This document shows, piece after piece, positions 58,733-64,000 of a DNA stretch of 64,000 nucleotides (within the stretch, counting starts at the first letter, position 1; each line of letters opens with the position of its first letter). Both the position numbers and the translations under genes were made by a program. The notes under the pieces were generated by a model. The model was not told the origin of the DNA and ran no database searches. It saw only the letters and a list, made by a program, of their open reading frames with translations. This stretch comes from Candidatus Latescibacterota bacterium. Lineage in GTDB: Bacteria > Latescibacterota > UBA2968 > GCA-2709665. The DNA lies in assembly GCA_965219455.1 (NCBI GenBank), contig OZ244744.1, forward strand, positions 2,624,001 to 2,688,000. Reading direction: 5' to 3'.

Positions 58733-59677
58733 GTGATACCGCCGTTCCGCTTCCCGCGGAACGGATGTCCGGACAGGGATGGAGGCACGGGTTGCAGCAG
58801 CTGGACAACGCCGGTGTCGTTCTGCGTCGCACGACGAACGAACCTCGCTTTGTTTACGGATCTGGACGGAACGCTGTTGCAGAGCGATCGAAAGGCAAGC
58901 GCGCGAAGCCTTGAAATGCTGAAAACACTGGGGAGAAAGAACATCTGGAGGGCTGTGGTCACCGGTCGGTCCCTTATGTCGGCGCGGACCGTCTTGCCGG
59001 ACACCTTCCCGATTGATTTTCTTATTTCCTCGTCGGGGGTCGGTGTTTTCGATTTCCGGGATCAGACGATGGTGGAATCGCATTCTCTTTCCTCCGAAGT
59101 CGTGCGCCGTGTTACCCACTATCTGATCGAAATGGGGTTCGACTTTATGGTTCACGCGCCGGTTCCGGAGAACCATACGTTCGAATACTGGGAACAGAAC
59201 GAACACAATCCCGATTTTCTGCGCAGGCGCCAATACAACGCGGAATACTGCCGTCCGTTGAATCCAGGTTGTCCGAGGCATAACCGGGCTTCGCAATTCC
59301 TGGTGGTCTGTCCCAGCGAAGCGGATCCCTGGCGCACCCATGACGCGCTCTCGAACGCACTGACGGAACTTACGGTGATCCGGACCACGTCGCCCTCGGA
59401 CCACCAGTCCACGTGGTTTGAGATTTTTCCGAGGCAGGTTTCCAAGGCCCGGTCCGCGGCCAGGCTGTGCGAGCGCCTGGGCGTGGACGCCGGACGGTCC
59501 GCGGCCGTCGGCAACGACTACAACGACTCGGATATGTTGCAATGGTGCGGGTTTCCATTTGTCGTGCAGAACGCCCCCGAACCCTTGAGAGAACGGTTTC
59601 CGGTGGTGCCAGACCACAACGCGGACGGGTTTTCGGAGGCGGTTCAACGGTGGCTTGACGACGTGGAGCCCGGTTAG
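58733..59677 (+). CDS. Cof-type HAD hydrolase (start uncertain)
   Basis: TDLDGTLL, VTGRS, SKA, VGNDYNDSDML. Confidence 0.88.
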   Translation: MIPPFRFPRNGCPDRDGGTGCSSWTTPVSFCVARRTNLALFTDLDGTLLQSDRKASARSLEMLKTLGRKNIWRAVVTGRSLMSARTVLPDTFPIDFLISSSGVGVFDFRDQTMVESHSLSSEVVRRVTHYLIEMGFDFMVHAPVPENHTFEYWEQNEHNPDFLRRRQYNAEYCRPLNPGCPRHNRASQFLVVCPSEADPWRTHDALSNALTELTVIRTTSPSDHQSTWFEIFPRQVSKARSAARLCERLGVDAGRSAAVGNDYNDSDMLQWCGFPFVVQNAPEPLRERFPVVPDHNADGFSEAVQRWLDDVEPG

Positions 59678-59736
59678 AAGTCAATACCAATGCAATCCGC
59701 GGTTCATTGAGGGACGTCCATAAGCGAGGGAAATTC

Positions 59737-62070
59737 ATGGGTGTAGAACTTACTGACGCCGACCTGGCCGCCGCGCTGCCGGATATGACATCCACGTTGC
59801 GCCTGACCGGTTTGATCGACGCCGCGACGATCTGTCGCGACCGGTGGGGCATTCCGCACATTAAGGCGGAGAACGAACACGACCTCTTCTTTGCGCAGGG
59901 TTTCGCCACGGCCCAGGACCGGCTCTGGCACATGGATTACGACCGGTACCGGGCGCTGGGGCGATGGGCGGAACTTGCCGGCCCGAACGGCGTGGCCCAG
60001 GACCGGCTGTTGCGAACCGCGGGGATGGGACGCACGGCCAGGCTGGACTACGAAGCGGCCGGTGCGGACGCGAGGGCGATGGTGGATGCCTATACCGCGG
60101 GCGTGAACGCGTTTATGGAAACGACGTCGGCGTACCCGGTCGAATACAAACTTCTGGAGCGGTCGCCCGAACCCTGGGAGAACTGGCACTGTATTGCCGT
60201 CTACAAGATGCGCAATACGCTGTTGGGGACATTCGAGCCAAAACTCTACCGTACGCGCCTTGCTCTCACAATTGGCCCCGAAAAGGCAGCGCGCATTGTC
60301 AAAGGGTATCCCGGAGGCCATCTGATCACCGTACCCCCGGGGGAGGTGTATACGGGACCCGGCGTAGACGGCCTGGAGGAACTCGGCAGGGCGCTCGAAG
60401 ACGTGAACTGGCTCAAGGAGGCGGATGCCGGTTCCAATGCGTGGTCGATTTCAGGGGAACTGACCCAATCCGGGCTGCCGCTGATGGGTGGAGACTCCCA
60501 CCGGGCCCTGGATACGCCCAGCGTCTACTATCAGGTCCATCTTTCCTGTCCGGAGTTTTCGATTATCGGCTCCTCGGTACCCGGGATGCCCGGAATCCTG
60601 CATTTCTGCCACAACGCGCACGTGGGCTGGGGGATGACCTACGGAAATGCCGACACGCAGGACCTTTTCGTGGAGCGATTCCGGGAAAGGGCCGGTCGGC
60701 GGGAGTATGCATTCAGGGAGACGTGGAAACAGGCCGACGTTCTGCAGGAAACGATCGCGGTCCGGAACGCCGAGCCGGTCGAGATCGAAGTGACCATTAC
60801 GCATCACGGCCCCGTGATCGGGGGCAATCCCGAGTCGGGGTACGGAATTGCGATCAGCGATCCCGGTCTTATTCAGGGCTCACCCTGGCTGGATGCCGCC
60901 CGCGACGCGATGCGCGCGACGACGGTGCAGGAACTGCACGACGCATTTGAGAACTGGACCGATCGGGTGAACAACTACGCCGTCGTGGACGTCCACGGCA
61001 ATTTCGGCTATCTGCACGAGGGAAAGATCCCCATTCGCACGGAGGCCAACGGATGGCGGGCCGTGCCGGGGTGGACCGGGGAATACGAGTGGCAGGGGTA
61101 TATACCCCACGATGATCTGCCCAGGGCGATCCGTCCGCGGGCCGGGTACGCGGTGACGTGCAACCAGCGCGTGGCCGGACACGACTATCCGCACTACGTG
61201 GGACTGTACTTCAGTCCGGAGTATCGGGCAAGACGGCTTCAAAAGGACATTTTGGGCCTGAAACCGGGGGCGGCGACCGTGGACGATATGGCGCGTATGC
61301 ACGCCGACAGGACTTCCATTCCCGCGCGGATTTTCATAGAGGCGCTCCTGAAGATACAGGCTCCTGACGCGGATTCGGAGCGGGCCCTGACGCTTCTGCG
61401 CGAGTGGGACTTTCGCATGGACCGAAACCTGGCGCAGCCGACCATTTATTCGCAGACCCGTTTGTACGCAACCCGGATACTGGCGGAGCATCTGCTCGGC
61501 GAAATGGCGGCCCCGGCGCTTGAGGGGGCTTCGGGAGCGGAAGCGCATATCCGTTTGATCGTCCTGGAGATGATCCTGGGTATCGAGCGCGGAGATGGGT
61601 CGATGTTGCCGGAGGGGCGCAGGTGGGGAGACCTGATGGCCGAGAGTCTCCAGCGCGCCGTCGCCGACCTCAAGGGGCGCCTGGGTGAAGAGATGCCGGA
61701 ATGGCGGTGGGGTCGCGTCCACCACACTCGGCCGAGGCATCCGCTCTCGCTGGTTTTTCCGGAATGCGCGCGGCTTCTGGATCCGCCCTGCATGCCCACG
61801 CACGGGGACGGGGACGTGCCACTGGCCGGCGGGTATGACGTGAGCGATCCCTTTATTGCGACGGGGATGTCGGTGAACCGATATATCCACGATCCGTCGA
61901 ACTGGAGCAATTCCCGGTGGATTGTGCCGCTGGGGGCCTCGGGGCATCCCGGAAGCGCTCACTATTCGGATCAGGCCCGACTCTGGGCCGACGTGGCGTA
62001 TATACCCCAGCTGTGGGAATGGGAGACCATTGTTTCCGAGGCGGAAACACGGCAGGTACTGGAGCCGTAG
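59737..62070 (+). CDS. Penicillin acylase-family Ntn hydrolase
   Basis: RDRWGIPHI, AQDRLWHMD, GSNAW (catalytic Ser), THHGP, GASGHPGSAHYSDQ. Confidence 0.93.
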   Translation: MGVELTDADLAAALPDMTSTLRLTGLIDAATICRDRWGIPHIKAENEHDLFFAQGFATAQDRLWHMDYDRYRALGRWAELAGPNGVAQDRLLRTAGMGRTARLDYEAAGADARAMVDAYTAGVNAFMETTSAYPVEYKLLERSPEPWENWHCIAVYKMRNTLLGTFEPKLYRTRLALTIGPEKAARIVKGYPGGHLITVPPGEVYTGPGVDGLEELGRALEDVNWLKEADAGSNAWSISGELTQSGLPLMGGDSHRALDTPSVYYQVHLSCPEFSIIGSSVPGMPGILHFCHNAHVGWGMTYGNADTQDLFVERFRERAGRREYAFRETWKQADVLQETIAVRNAEPVEIEVTITHHGPVIGGNPESGYGIAISDPGLIQGSPWLDAARDAMRATTVQELHDAFENWTDRVNNYAVVDVHGNFGYLHEGKIPIRTEANGWRAVPGWTGEYEWQGYIPHDDLPRAIRPRAGYAVTCNQRVAGHDYPHYVGLYFSPEYRARRLQKDILGLKPGAATVDDMARMHADRTSIPARIFIEALLKIQAPDADSERALTLLREWDFRMDRNLAQPTIYSQTRLYATRILAEHLLGEMAAPALEGASGAEAHIRLIVLEMILGIERGDGSMLPEGRRWGDLMAESLQRAVADLKGRLGEEMPEWRWGRVHHTRPRHPLSLVFPECARLLDPPCMPTHGDGDVPLAGGYDVSDPFIATGMSVNRYIHDPSNWSNSRWIVPLGASGHPGSAHYSDQARLWADVAYIPQLWEWETIVSEAETRQVLEP

Positions 62071-62093
62071 GCCATGCCGAAAGGAGAGTCGTA

Positions 62094-62429
62094 ATGGTAC
62101 AGATTGTCAAACCGGATCAGCGGGACATGAAGCTGTACGATGCCCCCGGCGCCAGGGTACAGGTGTCCGACCCCATTCTGGGGAAGGATGACTGCCTCGC
62201 TGCAGGATTCACGGAATATCTCGAAACCAGCCGGCTGGAATGGACCTTCGAATACAACGAGGTCTTTTTCATGTTGAAGGGTGCGCTGGAAGTTCACGCG
62301 CAGGGTCAGGAGCCGGTACGTTTCGAAGTCGGGGATCTGGGCTATATCGAAAAGGGAACGTCAACCGTGATAACGGTCCCGGAGGGTGCGTTGCTGCTGC
62401 ACGTTACGCAGCCGGCGTGGCGGGAATAA
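62094..62429 (+). CDS. Cupin-domain protein (EutQ-like)
   Basis: WTFEYNEVFFMLKG, GDLGYIEKG; AAGGAG RBS. Confidence 0.8.
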   Translation: MVQIVKPDQRDMKLYDAPGARVQVSDPILGKDDCLAAGFTEYLETSRLEWTFEYNEVFFMLKGALEVHAQGQEPVRFEVGDLGYIEKGTSTVITVPEGALLLHVTQPAWRE

Positions 62430-62462
62430 ACGCGCGAGCGGAGTCGTTGCACTGTGGAAGGT

Positions 62463-63524
62463 TCAATCAAACCCAGGCGCGACGTGTTCGGAGAACATCC
62501 GAAGGGATTTGCAGACAAGATCGGGGTGCAGGTCTCCGATACGGGTCCACCCCATAAAGTTCTGCAATCCCGTATGTTTCCGGATCCAGCCGATTTTGTC
62601 GGCGACAAAGTCGGGATCGCCTACGATGGCATGTTCCGCGAGGATCTCGTCGAAGGTAATGTTCGAGAATTTCTGTTTCAGTTCCTGGTAGAATTCCATC
62701 TGTCCGGGAGGTGCGATTTCCGGCGGGGGCGCGATAACCTCCGCAAGCACGGTGCGGAAGTACCACATGAGTTGGTCGTGGCATTCCTCGCGGGCTTTCT
62801 CCGTGTTTTCGGCAACGTAGAGAAACCTCGCCAGGGGGAAGTCCAGCTTGCCTGACAACCCACACGCGTCCGCCGTCTTGTGGTACGCCTCGTAGAGCTC
62901 GAATACCTGGTCGTACGGATGCAGGAACGAGGTCAGGACGTTGTAGCCGTTTTTGATGACCCATTCGTACGTGGAAGGACTCACCGCCGCAACGTAAACC
63001 GGCGGGTGCGGCTGTTGTACGGGCTTCGGGATAACGTTGACTTTCCGGACCTTGTGATACTTTCCGTCGTATTCTACTGGGCCCGTCCAGGCTTTCAGGA
63101 TAATCTCCAGTTCTTCCTGAAATCGTTCGCGGCTTTCCTCGAGATCAATTCCCCAGTTGTGAAATTCCTCAAGCTGGTAACCGCGCCCCACGCCGAAGAG
63201 AAGCCGCCCTTTGGACATGATATCCACGGTGGCGAAGTCTTCCGCGACAATGACCGGGTTGTGGAAAGGCAGCACGATGACCGCGGTGCCGATTTTTATG
63301 CGTTCGGTAATGGCCGAAGCGTATGCTGCCATGGTATGGATGGACGGGGTGATCGAATAGTAGTTGGCTCCCGGCGCCTTATGGTCGAAGTGGTGTTCCG
63401 CCAGCCAGATGGCGTCCCAGCCCGTTTCGTCCATGAGTTTGAACTGTTCGAATGCTTCGTGGTAAACCTGCGCGTGGTCTTTGCCGGGAGGGGTTTCCAG
63501 CAGATAGAATTGGCCGAATTGCAT
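62463..63524 (-). CDS. LLM-class flavin-dependent oxidoreductase
   Basis: WLAEHHF, IKIGTAV, GRLLFGVGRGY, PKPVQQPHPP. Confidence 0.92.
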   Translation of the reverse strand: MQFGQFYLLETPPGKDHAQVYHEAFEQFKLMDETGWDAIWLAEHHFDHKAPGANYYSITPSIHTMAAYASAITERIKIGTAVIVLPFHNPVIVAEDFATVDIMSKGRLLFGVGRGYQLEEFHNWGIDLEESRERFQEELEIILKAWTGPVEYDGKYHKVRKVNVIPKPVQQPHPPVYVAAVSPSTYEWVIKNGYNVLTSFLHPYDQVFELYEAYHKTADACGLSGKLDFPLARFLYVAENTEKAREECHDQLMWYFRTVLAEVIAPPPEIAPPGQMEFYQELKQKFSNITFDEILAEHAIVGDPDFVADKIGWIRKHTGLQNFMGWTRIGDLHPDLVCKSLRMFSEHVAPGFD

Positions 63525-63711
63525 GTTTATTCTCCTGAGAATTTGGAACAGGGCGCCGGTTTCCGGCGATTAAGGTATAGATAGAAGCGATGATGTCAAG
63601 CGCTTTTACGGGTCGGTATCGGGGGATGGGCCGCCACTGGCAGGGGCTCCGATGGCCCGGCGCGTGCCCCGTATGGCGGTGTTTCCACGATATACCATGG
63701 GGGAGTTGCAG

Positions 63712-64000
63712 ATGACGCCCATTCGGATTGGACGCGGCACACTGTTCCTTGTCGGCATGTTGTTGGCAGGCTGTGCTTCGCAGCGGAACGAGACGGAGAC
63801 GATCTCCTATTCGCGGGAGACGGCCAGGCTGGTCAGCCACGCGACCTCGGATCTCATCCGCTCGGAAGACGACATTCGCGTACGGTTCGTGTCGCCCGTC
63901 GTGTCCGGAAACCGGGTCGGCCAGAGCCCGGAGAACGCGGTGTTCACGTTCGTTCCGCGCATCGACGGCGCCGCCCGCTGGGCGGATCGGCGCACCCTTC
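63712..64000 (+). CDS. Lipoprotein, probable alpha-2-macroglobulin-family N-terminus (partial)
   Basis: Manual translation MTPIRIGRGTLFLVGMLLAGC (lipobox)...IRVRFVSPVV...FTFVPRIDGAARWADRRTL, open to the window end. Confidence 0.6.
   Translation, partial: MTPIRIGRGTLFLVGMLLAGCASQRNETETISYSRETARLVSHATSDLIRSEDDIRVRFVSPVVSGNRVGQSPENAVFTFVPRIDGAARWADRRTL

Overview
GC-rich bacterial chromosome segment spanning the replication origin: gyrA-gyrB-dciA-recF-dnaN-[oriC]-dnaA on the - strand, and rpmH-rnpA-yidC-mnmE...rsmG on the + strand, with two parS-like sites. It is flanked by housekeeping genes (mfd, surA, argF, tmk, def, hom, tRNA-Asp) and catabolic or accessory genes. The intergenic DNA is rich in non-autonomous elements: several REP-like palindrome families, 7-mer GCTGAYN repeats and a 161-bp MITE. 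Strongest leads: (1) an ORF-less group II intron (52127-52856) whose EBS1 reads the dispersed GCTGAYC heptamer repeat, with an intron-free homologous target at 17554-17610; (2) a methylmalonyl-CoA mutase subunit fused in frame to an N-terminal XRE helix-turn-helix, with a candidate operator at its promoter and a parS site inside its CDS; (3) an S41 protease carrying an insertion that resembles the GyrA C-gate helices; (4) an ABC-ATPase/TOPRIM-like pair placed behind a truncated hicA. All calls come from reading motifs by eye; no searches were run.
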